From the NCBI GenBank assembly GCA_951406725.2, contig OX597817.1, positions 79,174,001 through 79,238,000 of the forward strand: 64,000 bases of DNA, read 5' to 3'. A program made the translations under genes and the position numbers. Positions 26,219 to 39,639 of this stretch are shown piece after piece (position 1 is the stretch's first letter; every line of letters begins with the position of its first letter). Source of the stretch: Octopus vulgaris. Taxonomy: Eukaryota. Below the pieces are notes generated by a model. It made no database searches. It was given only the letters and a program-made list of their open reading frames with translations, and was not told the DNA's origin.

Positions 26219-26745
26219 GAAAGGAAGCAACAGAAAGTAACAACCACACTCTTACCCGCGCGTAGAGCGGGTCACCTTAAGCTAGTATATATATATTTGT
26301 TTGTGTGTCTGTGTTTGTTCCCCAACATCGCTTGACGACTGATGCTGGTGTGATTACGTCCTTGTCACTTAGCGGTTCGGCAAGAGAGACCGATAGAATA
26401 AGTACTAGGCTTACAAAGAATAAGTCCTGTGGTTGATTTGCTCGACTAAAGGCTGTGCTCCAGCATGGCCGCAGTCAAATGACTGAAACAAAATAAGAGA
26501 ATGAAAGGAAATCCTTTAAGTCTTATGAAGGTCATGCAGATTTTTGTAGCCCCAGATATCGTGATCATTTTTAGCATATGAATTAAGGATTTTCGCTCTC
26601 TCCCCGTGATCCCAGGTTCAGACATACTTTGCCCTAGACGGTTTTTTATTTATTTATTCTGTTGTTCCAGTAAGGTATGTATGTATGTAAGTATGTACGT
26701 ACGTATGCATGTACGTACGTATGCATGTACGTATGTATGCATGCA

Positions 26746-26777
<32 letters not shown>

Positions 26778-27079
26778 GAATTCCCTTAGAGGAAAAAATT
26801 GCTATGCAGTTATGGCACATGCCTATACCTATCCTGTTATGTAATTAATCAAAGTCTTAATGAAAAAGACTGTGTATCATTCCATGTTCTTGAAATTATA
26901 AATGAGATAGTGAGTAAATTCCTAAACTACCATCAAGTTTATAATTCAACAGTTAAGTCTGCAGAATTCCTTAAGAATTTAGTGAGCTTCGGCATTCAAC
27001 AGGAAAAGTTACCTGGCATTAGAATTTCAAGTACGTATACACTACTGTCTCTTCTTTTTATAATATCATGGATATTTTC

Positions 27080-27095
27080 AATATTATCGTTATTA

Positions 27096-27185
<90 letters not shown>

Positions 27186-27203
27186 TTATTATTATTTTTA
27201 TTA

Positions 27204-27270
<67 letters not shown>

Positions 27271-27566
27271 TATTATTATTATTATCATTATTATTATTAT
27301 AAATTGTTACAAAAGAAAGTATTCTTATATGAAAGAAAGAAATAAACAACAAAAGTTAAAGCAATAAAAACATAAAATATAATAGAATTTGAACAGAGGG
27401 TGATGCAATCAACTAGCCTCCTCATCACCTAAATTGGAATCCATTATGTTGTTGTTGTTGTTGTTGTTGTTAGTAGTAGTAGTAGTAGTAGTAGTAGTAT
27501 AACTGCCATCATCATCATCATCGTCATCAATCATAATAATATTACTATCATCATCATTATTATTAC

Positions 27567-27626
<60 letters not shown>

Positions 27627-27805
27627 CATCATCATCCTCCTCATCATCATCATCATTATTATAATTCATATTATTTAGAACTTTTGAGTTAAAAATGTTT
27701 GATTTAATAATAAAAGAAACGATCATTATCAACATCAACTTCGTCTTTGTCCTCACCGTCATCATAATCATCCTCTTCTTCATCATCGTTATTTTTATTA
27801 TTACT

Positions 27806-27869
<64 letters not shown>

Positions 27870-27915
27870 TCATCACCACCATCATCATCATCATCCTCAT
27901 CAACATTGTCATCAC
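27080..27915. repeat. Compound trinucleotide repeats (ATT, ATC, GTT, GTA, ACC)
   Basis: Read directly. Confidence 0.95.
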
Positions 27916-28655
27916 CCCTCTCCCTTCTCAATCTTTGTTGTTATTATGCTCATTATCTTCCTTATTATAACGATGATGGTTGTCCTCATTATGCGCCAAT
28001 GCCTCATCATCATGTTTTTTTTTTATAAAAGACGTTGTTTCATACTCACCCTTATTAGCATAATCTGAAGATAATTTAGAAGTAAAGTAAAACCCAAAGC
28101 TAAAGTGAACATTGAAATAAAACTCCCTTGAAGAAAAACAAAACAATTATAAAAACAAAATAAACAAGCATTTAAAAAATAATAAAATAAATAAGTTATG
28201 TTTTCTTTTACATTCACGATAAATACTAAACAGTCATCAATGACGTAATAATGACGAAGCGAATGAAATGTGTGAGATGGGTAGAGGGCTAACAAGGGAT
28301 GAGGGGAGATAATTATGGATACGCTGGTGGTTTTGGTGGTGAGTTAATAACTGTGATAGAAGTGAGGTAGTTGTAATAGTAGTGGTGAGAGTAGTCGTAG
28401 TGGTATAGATTTCACTAGAATGGTAACTGTGTCTTAGTTGTTGTTTAGCTACAAGTCAACTCTGAAGCTGGAGGTTCCCAATCAAAGCCTCTTTAGATAT
28501 CAACCATACCCTGAACTTTTACTTTAGGCAAATATGTATGACTTATATTGTATAACGTGGTATTTTCTTTATTCAAGAGGGCAGGATGTGATTTGAGGTA
28601 GATTTGGCTGCTATTTTTTGAGCGTATATATATATATGCATGTACATATGCAAAG

Positions 28656-28727
<72 letters not shown>

Positions 28728-28729
28728 TT

Positions 28730-29168
<439 letters not shown>

Positions 29169-29199
29169 GTATGTATGTATGTATGCATATGTACATATA

Positions 29200-29417
29200 T
29201 ATACTCTTTTATTTGTTTCCGTCATTTGACTTCGGCCATGCTGGAGCACCGCATTTAGTCAAGCAAATCGACCCCAGGACTTATTCTTCGTAAGCCTAGT
29301 ACTTATTATATCCGTCTGTTTTGCCGAACCGCTAGGTTACGAGAACATAAACACACCAACATCAGTTGCCAAGCGATGTTGGGGGAACGAACACAGACGC
29401 ACAAACACACACACACT

Positions 29418-29473
<56 letters not shown>

Positions 29474-29637
29474 CGACGGGCTTCTTTCAGTTTCCGTCTA
29501 CCAAATCCATTCACAAGGCTTTGGTCGGCACGAGGCTATAGTAGAAGACACTTGCCCAAGGTGCCATGCAGTGGGACTGAACCCGGAACCATGTGGTTTG
29601 AAAGCAAGCTACTTACCACACAGCCACTCCTGCGCCT
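29200..29637 (-). mobile_element. SINE family A, full length
   Basis: Matches the other family A copies. Confidence 0.9.
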
Positions 29638-29737
29638 TACATATACATGTATATATATGTATATACATATACGCATATACATATATATATGTATATGAAT
29701 GCCTGTATGAATATGAGTATATATATCTATATATATG

Positions 29738-29778
<41 letters not shown>

Positions 29779-30018
29779 TATATGATAATTGATATATTGA
29801 ATACATCTTGAAGGTATTTTATCTCCTTTCGCTTTCGCAGATGCTAGGTTGGCTAGAAGGAGTTGATGTTATTTGACAGTATCGAATTATCATTGGGTGT
29901 TCTTACCTAAACAGTATCAGCCTCTCGTTGGTGGGTTAACAGTGGTGGTCGAGCCACTGCTCCTAGTTTCAGTTTAACTATTCTTTCTTGGTCTCTAAAC
30001 CAACAAGCGGCCCTTTCT

Positions 30019-30251
30019 TATTTCTTTATTGTCCACAAGGGGCTAAACACAGAGGGGACAAACAAGGACAGACAAAGGGATTAAATCGATTACATCGACC
30101 CCAGTGTGTAACTGGTACTTAATTTATAGAACCCGAAAGGATGAAAGGTAAAGTCGACCTCGGCGGAATTTGAATACAGACCGTAAAGACAGACGAAAAA
30201 CCGCTAAGCATTTCGCCCGGAATGCTAACGTTTCTGCCAGCATACCGCCTT
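30019..30251 (-). mobile_element. SINE family B with 14-bp TSD
   Basis: AAGCGG(C/T)CCTTTCT at 30005-30018 and 30252-30265. Confidence 0.92.
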
Positions 30252-30865
30252 AAGCGGTCCTTTCTGCTGCCCCACCTATCCTGCGTACAGTTTTCTTTAT
30301 CTCGCTTCCTTTTATTCTAATGGCTGTAAGTATTCTCTATATTGACTGGGAATGGAATCCTCTACAGCCAATTTTGGCTGGGAATGGCTATGACATTCAT
30401 CTCTACTTGCCATCCTACCAAAGCACATAAGATACTTCAATTGAAAGGAATGATTTCGCGCTTCTTCCTATGATCAGAATTATTTTCTCCGTATTTTCAG
30501 ACCTGAAAACTTCGACCAGCCTCAGACTTTTCTGAAGGACCCGGGGAAGCTGCAGTTTACTTTTATATTTCATGATTGGGCCGTATGTTTTAGACTACTT
30601 GAAAAAATGCTAAATACATTTCAGCTTTGTTGAGCACTTTCTGTGCCGTGTACTCAGAACCAGCATGTTTAGACGATATTTGTCATCACCGATATATTGA
30701 AAAAGAATAAAAATAATCACTGGTCTTGCGAATAGCCACTTTGCAAAATAAAAATCTATTATATGCAACCGAAGCAATGTTTGATTATCATAGTCATCTA
30801 TATATTATACTAAATGTAACTACATTGTGTTCACTTCTCACTGCTGAACGATTTTCGTATCCCTC

Positions 30866-30978
<113 letters not shown>

Positions 30979-30979
30979 A

Positions 30980-31030
<51 letters not shown>

Positions 31031-31141
31031 ATATATATATATATAAACATATATTGATAGAAATGGTAAGACAACAAATGAATGAAAGAGACCTCGATAT
31101 TATGTAAATATAGGAATTTATCTGTAAATATAATATTTGAC

Positions 31142-31240
31142 AATTATTCGGTAGCCGTGCCAGATAACTGAAGAGATGGCGGCGTGGGTTTCCGCCCCGA
31201 CATCCGAAACTCGGAGTCTTGTCATGGCTACCGAATAATT
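31142..31240 (+). ncRNA. Type I hammerhead ribozyme with canonical core and long stem I
   Basis: AAUUAUUCGGUAGCCGUG cca GAUAA-CUGAAGA-GAUG GCGG cguggguuu CCGC cccga CAUCC-GAAA-CUCGGAG-UC/UUGUC AUGGCUACCGAAUAAUU. Predicted cut after C31218. Confidence 0.85.
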
Positions 31241-31249
31241 CTCACATAT

Positions 31250-31307
<58 letters not shown>

Positions 31308-32260
31308 TGCTTTTGAACACTCTGCATTCATAAAAGGCATTGTCACCAGATAGGTTAGGATTAGGGTCAGGAGTAAGGTTACCACAATAAATTTACTTGT
31401 CACAGTGGAGTAACATTAAGTATGATACATAAATGAGAATGATGACAATGGTGATGAGGATGGAGGATGGAGGACGAAGAACGCAACAATGGTGATGATG
31501 AGGACGACGACAACGAAAATGATGACGACGACGATGATGATGATGATGATGATGACGACGACGACGACGATGACGACGACGATGATGACAACAATGATGA
31601 TAATGGTGACAAGATTATGCGAATATACTGCATTTACATGTCATTCCCAGGTACCATTACAGTTGTACTAATGGAAAAGTTCTGAATAATTATTGGCACA
31701 ATTACACAGGTAAAACACACGCGCATGTACACAGATACACATTAACACCTGAAAGCAAACACATACACAAACATACATGCTCTTGCATACATATACGTAA
31801 CCTTTAAATACAAATCCTCATAGACTCGTAATAGACATACAGACACACACGCAAAAAGTAAATGAACGCCCACGCACACATATATACACATCTTTTAAGG
31901 CTAATAGTCATAGATACCCAACATACATATAGACACACACAGAGAAATAAACACGCTTATACATTCACATGACCAATGAAAAGCACCCATATATATGCAA
32001 ATGTTACATAGGCATACATACGCCCAAAGATAAAAACACACTTCGGGAGACATATATTCGTACATATCTGGGCGAAACATAACAATACATTTTCTCCACG
32101 CGCCCCCTCTCTCTCTCTCTCTTTCTTCCTTTCTCTCTCTTTCTCTCACACACACATACACATACATGCTGAGATACAAATTACATGCACATACACACAT
32201 ACGCATACAAACTGCTAGTGAATTTACAATAAAAAAATTTAACTAAAGTAATAGTTTCTA

Positions 32261-32328
<68 letters not shown>

Positions 32329-32365
32329 GAAGAAGAAGAAGAAGAAGAAGAAGAAAATAAATAAC

Positions 32366-32456
<91 letters not shown>

Positions 32457-32646
32457 TAAAAGCCACACAATTTGAACGAAGTAATTGTTAGCGGCAGGTT
32501 AAAGTTATATCTACTTGCATCAACAATATCGTAGCTATTTACCTTGATAATCGCCACTAATTGCAAATCATTTTCACATGATTGCACTTTATTTTAAAAC
32601 AACGACGACGACAATTACTACCACCATCACCACCACCACCACCACC

Positions 32647-32709
<63 letters not shown>

Positions 32710-33515
32710 GAAGAATGTGAACAAGTATGACAGCTACAGCTTGTACAATCACAAGATCAGCAACAATAACAACAAGAACGGTAAGAAAGTCTTCCTTAAC
32801 AGTAACAACTATCGTAGAAAAAAATATATTTTTTGAAATATGAAAAAAAAAATTAAATAAAAATTTAAATAAGACGATGACAACCATTATTGTAATAAAA
32901 AGGGACTACTAATAAAAGTAAAAATAAAGAGCAATAAGAAGAAGCAAGCATATTAAATATTAAAGGCATATGCTCATCTTGATTATTGGATCCGCCTTAA
33001 AACATTGTAACTTTATTCTCTCCAACGCTGCTGTGAGCGTTACATCATTTGCACAATGCAGAGAATATACCACCACCATGTACTCCCGCTCCTCTCAGTC
33101 GTGGTCGGGTTGTCGGCGATTAAACCGGTTCCCCTCTTGGTTCGGCTTGCTGGATTTTGGAGGAGGGCGTCAGAGCACCTATCGGAACTAAAAACAAGAT
33201 ACGTTCAAACAAGGGCACAGGAGAAGAGCTGTCCTTGTCCCTCGCCACACCAAACTAAGACCCCAACGGTGGATCAAGTGGAGGAAGCTAAATCTCCGAA
33301 CGCAACGATTAGTCCCAGTGGAAGAGAGAAATGCCAGACGGACTGACTAGAAAGGTGTAACTCTAATGACATTGGGCCTAGCGGTATACCGTTGCAACCC
33401 TTCTTCCGGACCACGCATATCACTCCAGGCAGTGCCGCGGCAAAAGGATTTTGGGTCATAGTACGTGGAGATACAAGTATTTTAAATTGCACCATAACTT
33501 TCATAGAAATACCTG

Positions 33516-33628
<113 letters not shown>

Positions 33629-33633
33629 CTCTC

Positions 33634-33755
<122 letters not shown>

Positions 33756-33769
33756 TATATATATATAAG

Positions 33770-35851
33770 AAATTAAAAAAGGAAAATACGCACACTTACA
33801 TAGTTTTAATATAATTTTTAATATATCGACCGGTTTCGCAATCGCTATTCATGATATTATGTTTTACTTATTTGAATATATATTTTTTCGTAAGAAGAAA
33901 TTTGGTCCATGTTGTGTGTGATGAAATTCACGAGTGAATGACTTCACAAGTAGATAAATAAAGGGAGGTAATTGGTTTTTATTATTGTTATTGTTGTGGG
34001 TAAGGGAGATAACTGTTCAGCTTTCGGTAATGGCTGGGGATCATATATGTGTACAGAACAGAGACAGGTTTCAAAAACCTTGTTTAGTATGGGATTTATG
34101 TACAGTGATGTAATCGTGAATTGAAATATTTTAAAATATTAAAGTTGGTTATGCGTGCATATTAAGACGTGTTTTGTATTTTTCAATGAAAAAAGTTTCT
34201 TTATTTAAACGTTCTAGTTGAGAGATTGCGTCTTTGCACTGGTAGAGAGGGAAGACTGTGAAATTTGGTTTGATGTTACCTGCACATTTTTCTATATGTT
34301 CACTGAGAGGAATTTGTCTGTATTGCGGGAAACGGATTTGTTCCTTATGTAGAGTGGTTCTCTTTCTCAAGGTCATACTCGTTTGTCCAATGTACTGGTG
34401 TCCGCAACCCGAGCAGGTTATTACATAAATTAGGTTCTCAGAGGCACAGGTGAAACTAGTTTTAATTGTGAACCTCTGTCCTTGTTTGTAAAGGAAATCC
34501 GAGCCTTCAAGCAGGTTGGGGCAGGTTCCACAGTTTGGGTGTCCACATTTTTCAACCGTTGGTTTCGTGGTTGTTTTGTAAAGCTTCGCATTTGTTAGTA
34601 GTCTCTTTAGCGATTTGTCTTGTTTTTTGCATTTGATGAGTTTGTGTGTTTTTAGGATGTCATTCATTTTTTGATCTCTAGTTAGTAAAGGAAGAGTTTG
34701 CACAATAGTGTTGAATGCATCACTGTTTCTGGGGTTGTGTGTTGATATAAATAGTAATGTTTTGGTTTGAGGTGTGGTGCTATGTTTTTTTGTTCTTAGT
34801 GTTTTTGTGTCTAATTGTTTGGCACGTTTAATTCCCTCGTCGATAGGAGAGGGTGGATATTGTCTTTCAATAAGTGTTGTTTTGAGGTCTTGAAGACGAA
34901 GGTCCCGAGTTGTTCTATCAGACACTATTGTGCAGATCCTTTTTGCTAAGTTGAAAGGGATGTTTATTTTTATGTGTTTCGAGTGGCATGAGTTAAAAAG
35001 AACATATTGTTTTGAATCAGTTGGTTTATAATAATGTCAGTTATGATTTCATTGTTAACTTTTTTTATCATGATGTCTAAAAATGGAAGTTGTTCTTTGT
35101 TATATTCCACTGTGAATTGAATGTTACTATTTATGTCATTTAGTGTTGTTTTGAAATCCAAAAGTTTGTCGATGTTCTCCTTCCAGATGATAAAGCAGTC
35201 ATCCAGGTATCGCTTCCAATTTTCTCTTATGTAGAGGTAAAATGGGTAACCATATTTCTGAAGTGATACTTCATATAAGGTGAATTCAAAATAACCCATT
35301 ATTAGGTTCGCAAGAACAGGAGCTGCTTTCGTCCCCATCGCAATTCCGCATTTCTGACGATAGTATGTGTCATCAAATAGGAAATAATTGTTCTGAAATA
35401 TAAATTTTAAGGATTTAATAATAAAGATCTGGTTTATGTGTTCCGGGAGGACTTCGGGGTACTTTTCCAACCAGAATTTAATTGATTTTATTCCATAGTC
35501 ATGGGGGATGTTTTTGTAAAGATTGATAACATCGAGGGTAGCCAATATTGCCTCTTCATTAATCGTTTTTGTAGGTGTTCTAGCATGTATAAATCATCCC
35601 TAATGAAGCTTTTGATGTATTTCAGCAAGGGTTTCAGTAGGATGTCTAGAAAATTGCTTAGTCGGTGGGTTTCACGGGCCGGCCCAGCAACAATGGGTCT
35701 TTAAGTCAAGTCTTCTGGCGTTTGGGTATTTATATATTTGCCTGGTGATTGTTTTCAGGCTTCATTGATTATCTTGCTCTTGTGTATTTTAGGGAGGCCA
35801 TAAAAAAGACTGGGTTTACATTTGAAGTTCGTGATGTAGTCTGTTTCTTTC
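33770..35851 (-). mobile_element. Penelope-like retroelement (Neptune-like), 5'-truncated and disrupted: RT, Cys linker, GIY-YIG, 3' region with HHR
   Basis: FYGLPKIHK, RPIVAGP, LDVINLY, GIAMGTKAAPVLANL, WKRYLDDCF, LPFLD; CGHPNCGTC linker; NLIYVITCSGCGHQYIGQT..LRKR. Stops and frameshifts are present. The 3' end runs into (TA)n/(TAGA)n. Confidence 0.95.
33823..33857 (-). ncRNA. Minimal type I hammerhead ribozyme, A3-U8 core variant
   Basis: AUAUC-AUGAAUA-GC gauu GC-GAAA-CCGG-UC/GAUAU. Perfect 5-bp stem I, palindromic stem III; lies about 290 nt downstream of the PLE stop codon. Confidence 0.8.
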
Positions 35852-36249
35852 TCTAGACATCCTATTGAAACCCTTGCTGAGATCATACAACAGAACATCG
35901 TGAGTGTGTAACTTATGCCTGGAGGAAAACATGGTGTTGGCGTGTTTACGTCCCCGTAACTTAGCAGTTCGGCGAAAGAGGTAGGGTCGATCGACTAAGT
36001 ACTAAGCTTTAAAAAAAGTCTTGGAGTTAATTTGTTCAACTAAAAAAACCCTTCAGAATTATGCCCCAGCATGGCCGCCTTCTAACGACTGAAGTAAGTA
36101 AAAGTAAAAGGTAAAAGATATGTATATATGTATGTATGCATATGTGGTCACAGACATGTGTGTATTAATCATATGTGTACATTTGTGTAGTACAGATTTG
36201 TATATATCATTGTTGTGTATGTATATCTATGTATACATGCATATATGTA

Positions 36250-36291
<42 letters not shown>

Positions 36292-36318
36292 CGGAATGGT
36301 CATATTGCCAGTTTAAAC

Positions 36319-36355
<37 letters not shown>

Positions 36356-36358
<3 letters not shown>

Positions 36359-36585
36359 CTTTACAACCCACAATGGGCTAAACACAGAGGGAACAAACAA
36401 GGACAGACAAAGGGGATTAAGTCGATTATATCGACCCCAGTGCGTAACTGGTACTTAATTTATCGACCCCGAAAGGATGAAGGGCAAAGTTTACCTCGGC
36501 GGAATTTGAACTCGGAACGTAACGACAGGCGAAATACGGCTACGCATTTCGCCCGGTGTGGTAACGTTTCTGCCAGCTCGCCGCC

Positions 36586-36587
<2 letters not shown>
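36356..36587 (-). mobile_element. SINE family B inserted in (TA)n
   Basis: Matches the other family B copies. Confidence 0.9.
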
Positions 36588-36677
<90 letters not shown>

Positions 36678-37486
36678 ACTTTCCCCGCTCTCTTTTTCTC
36701 TCTCTTTCTGTGCGTGCATATGTGTGTATGAATATATATGCATACATATGCCCCATTCATGGATATATATGTATGTATACATATATGTGTAGTTCTATGT
36801 GCATATATATATATACATATATATATACATATATATACATATATACATATATATATATATATACATATATATATACATATAAAGAGAGAGAGAGAGAGGG
36901 GGAGAGATGTGCAGTTCATGCGTAAGCGGGCATCACTGCCCTCTGTACAATATGCATTAGCACACTATAAACACACCCCATATACACCATGAGCTGACCT
37001 ACGGCTGACCTATCACTGATATGTCACGAGTCCCACTAATTCAAAAATCACATTAAGACATCCGAAATAATACAATAAAACGCGATATCCACATAATCCT
37101 TAAACTATTTAGCAGCAGCCCGTAGATAACAGAGAATATGAATAATTAAGAATACATTTATTGTGCCAGACATAAACGACTTCCAGAGATAAAAACCACA
37201 TGTCAAAAATTCATAGTTGTAAATATATAAATCCCTCAACTGATTCATAATATAAGGAAAATATCTCTATTTACTAATTACTTATTTTCAAATGTGTACA
37301 TATAGAATGGATTCATAAAATGGTTCTCTGTTAGGGTCTTTTGATAAAAATTTTTCATCAGAATTTCAACCATGTATGTATGTGTTCAAGTAACAGTGAC
37401 AACGCGAAATTTTGGATTCTATAAATTAAATTGTAATTTTTCTAAAAGCGTATAGTTCAATAGAAGGTATCTTCCTTCAAGAATTC

Positions 37487-37539
<53 letters not shown>

Positions 37540-37540
<1 letters not shown>

Positions 37541-37847
37541 AGAGGACTCCGTCGGTTACGACGAAGAGGGTTCCAGCTGATACGATCAATGGAACAGCTT
37601 TGCTCGTGAAATTAACGTGCAAGTGGCTGAGCATTCCACAAACACGTGTACCCCTTAACGTCGTTCGCAAGGAGATTCAGCTGGCCCTTTTTTGAAATAC
37701 TGATACTACTCATTTTTGCCAGCCGAGTGGACTGGAGCAACGTGAGATAAAGTGTCCTTGCTCAAGGACACAACGCGTCGCCGGGAATCGAACTCACAAC
37801 GTTACGATCATGAGCCGAATGCCCTAACCACTAAGCCACGCGCCCTC
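37540..37847 (-). mobile_element. SINE family C
   Basis: Head GGCGCGTGGCTTAGTGGTTAGGG...GAGTTCGATTCCCGG (A/B boxes), then GTGTCCTTGAGCAAG core. Confidence 0.88.
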
Positions 37848-37850
37848 ATT

Positions 37851-37893
<43 letters not shown>

Positions 37894-37894
37894 A

Positions 37895-37934
<40 letters not shown>

Positions 37935-38334
37935 TATAAGGAAAAATATTTCCTCCAATGCATAGACTTCACTTGGAAGTGCTCACGATACTGAACCCGA
38001 AGCGTTAGAATAATGCAAGAGTAAGGCTCAAAGTCAGGGACACTAAGTTCACATAAACATCTATATTAATTCAGCCGAAGGCTCAAAATACATGGATTTC
38101 TCCAAAAGTATATCCAATACATCAAACATATCAAAAGTATATAGATATATAAAAATATACAGAGTAATCAATACATAAAAAATATAGATATAAAAATATA
38201 TAGATGTATAGATATATGCCTTAAAAATACATTGAAAAAAATATATACAGGTTGACTTACAGATTATAAAACGAAATCATAAAAAGAGTTAAGAGTCTAT
38301 GAAAATGTTTGGGTAGTACTAATCCAGTTAATAA

Positions 38335-38421
38335 TCCTACGGCCGTTTCTAAGGGTTCAGTTGTCCTGTTATATAAAAGATTTTTACATCCATTATAGGA
38401 CACCATCTCATTCATCAGGGA
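38335..38421 (-). ncRNA. Type I hammerhead ribozyme with extended stem II
   Basis: UCC-CUGAUGA-A-UGAG...UGUCCU...AGGACA...CUUA-GAAA-CGGCCG-UA/GGA. Palindromic stem III ACGGCCGU. Confidence 0.75.
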
Positions 38422-38507
38422 AAATAAGTTTCTAAAAAAGCTCACATGTACTGCTTATTTTTTAATGCGAATTACCTACTGAGTGTTTTTATAGAGCTAT
38501 ATGCAAA

Positions 38508-38738
38508 AGGCGGCGAGGTGGCAGAAATGTTAGCGCGTCGGGCGAAATGCTTAGCGGTATTTCGTCTGTCGTTACGTTCTGAATACAAATTCCGCTGAGG
38601 TCAACTTTGCCTTTCATCCTCTCTGGGTCGATAAATAAAGTACCAGTTTCGCACTGGGTCGATGTAATCGACTTAATCCGTTTGTCTGTCCTTGTTTGTC
38701 CCCTCTATGTTTAGCCCCTTGTGGGTAGTGAAGAAATA
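38508..38738 (+). mobile_element. SINE family B
   Basis: Matches the other family B copies. Confidence 0.9.
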
Positions 38739-39603
38739 TATATGCAAAAGACTAGGGGTGGAAGTGTTTTTCAGTGGTTAGTGGAGGAGATACAATGCAT
38801 GATAAAATCAGGCTACTGATGGCTCTGTTTGTAGAGGAGGGGAGTATTTCGTTATTTCACAGCAAGCGTTTCAATTGAAGTGAAGGCTGGTTCTCAGCTC
38901 TATCTAGAACCATAATGCATAAATGTTGAGGAAACCTATGTTTGCAAGAGAAATCTATTTAATATCGAGTTGTGTTGACGGAGAATAATTAATGACTCTT
39001 TTAAGCATAACTTGCATTTTCCTATCTTAATATTATAAGGAGGAACTTCTTTTATAATGGACCAAGCCAGGGTATATTGTATGTTTTGTCATTTAAAATC
39101 ATGTATGCGTGTAGCTAATGATGTCGAGAATATGTATTTTGTCTTAGAATATGAATTTGTCTGAGAATATGAATTTAAGTGAGCCCTATATCGCCGTTTA
39201 AAATCTATGGCGCTACCTATGTAGGTTCTTGCTTGGTGTTTACTTGGTGTTTCTACAAGACATTTATAAACTACATTTTTACGCAGACAGAAGACCGTAA
39301 GCAGGCATGCTTTAGGTTTACGACAGTTACAGATTCTATTTATTGTTCCACCTCTTGCATTAAGTCTCTCTGTAGCTCTCTACCCAATTTTCTGTATATG
39401 ATGTAAAGCGTAACAAGGAAATCAACTAACCAACCAACAAACCAATTAGTAATTATTTCAGCTATTATCTTTCTGTGAGAAAGATTTATTATTTAGAATT
39501 ATGTTGTAAAAAATAATATCGTACACTTCGGATAATATACTCACTCTATTGACAGACATACACGAGTGCATCATTGTGGACATTTAGTCGACTTACGCGC
39601 GTG

Positions 39604-39638
<35 letters not shown>

Positions 39639-39639
39639 A

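Larger units (their letters stand above)
24242..26285 (+). mobile_element. Non-autonomous Helitron
   Basis: A|TCTCTATTTATAAAA 5' end; 3' hairpin ACCCGC gcgtaga GCGGGT then CTAG|T; no TSD. Confidence 0.8.
23878..26500 (+). mobile_element. SINE family A split by a Helitron (halves 23878-24040 and 26286-26500)
   Basis: The 5' half ends at the internal microsatellite; the 3' half resumes immediately after the Helitron CTAG. Confidence 0.82.

Noticed and set aside
29820-30700. Possible ancient RTE-type LINE remnant on the minus strand
   Set aside because: Only faint motif resemblance; cannot be supported without a search.
31351-31382. Degenerate TTAGGG-like run
   Set aside because: Only one exact unit; not an interstitial telomere array.
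35700-35760. In-frame TGA in the PLE RT as possible selenocysteine recoding
   Set aside because: An in-frame TAA and frameshifts occur nearby, and the domain order is RT then EN rather than the Naiad type; ordinary decay explains it.
37010-37080. CUGAU-AUGUC...GACAUCC-GAAA
   Set aside because: Needs a multi-base core deletion and has no stem I; too degraded to call.
37775-37847. tRNA-like sequences here and at 48260-48331 and 53055-53115
   Set aside because: They have A/B boxes but no complete cloverleaf or acceptor stem, and run into SINE bodies.
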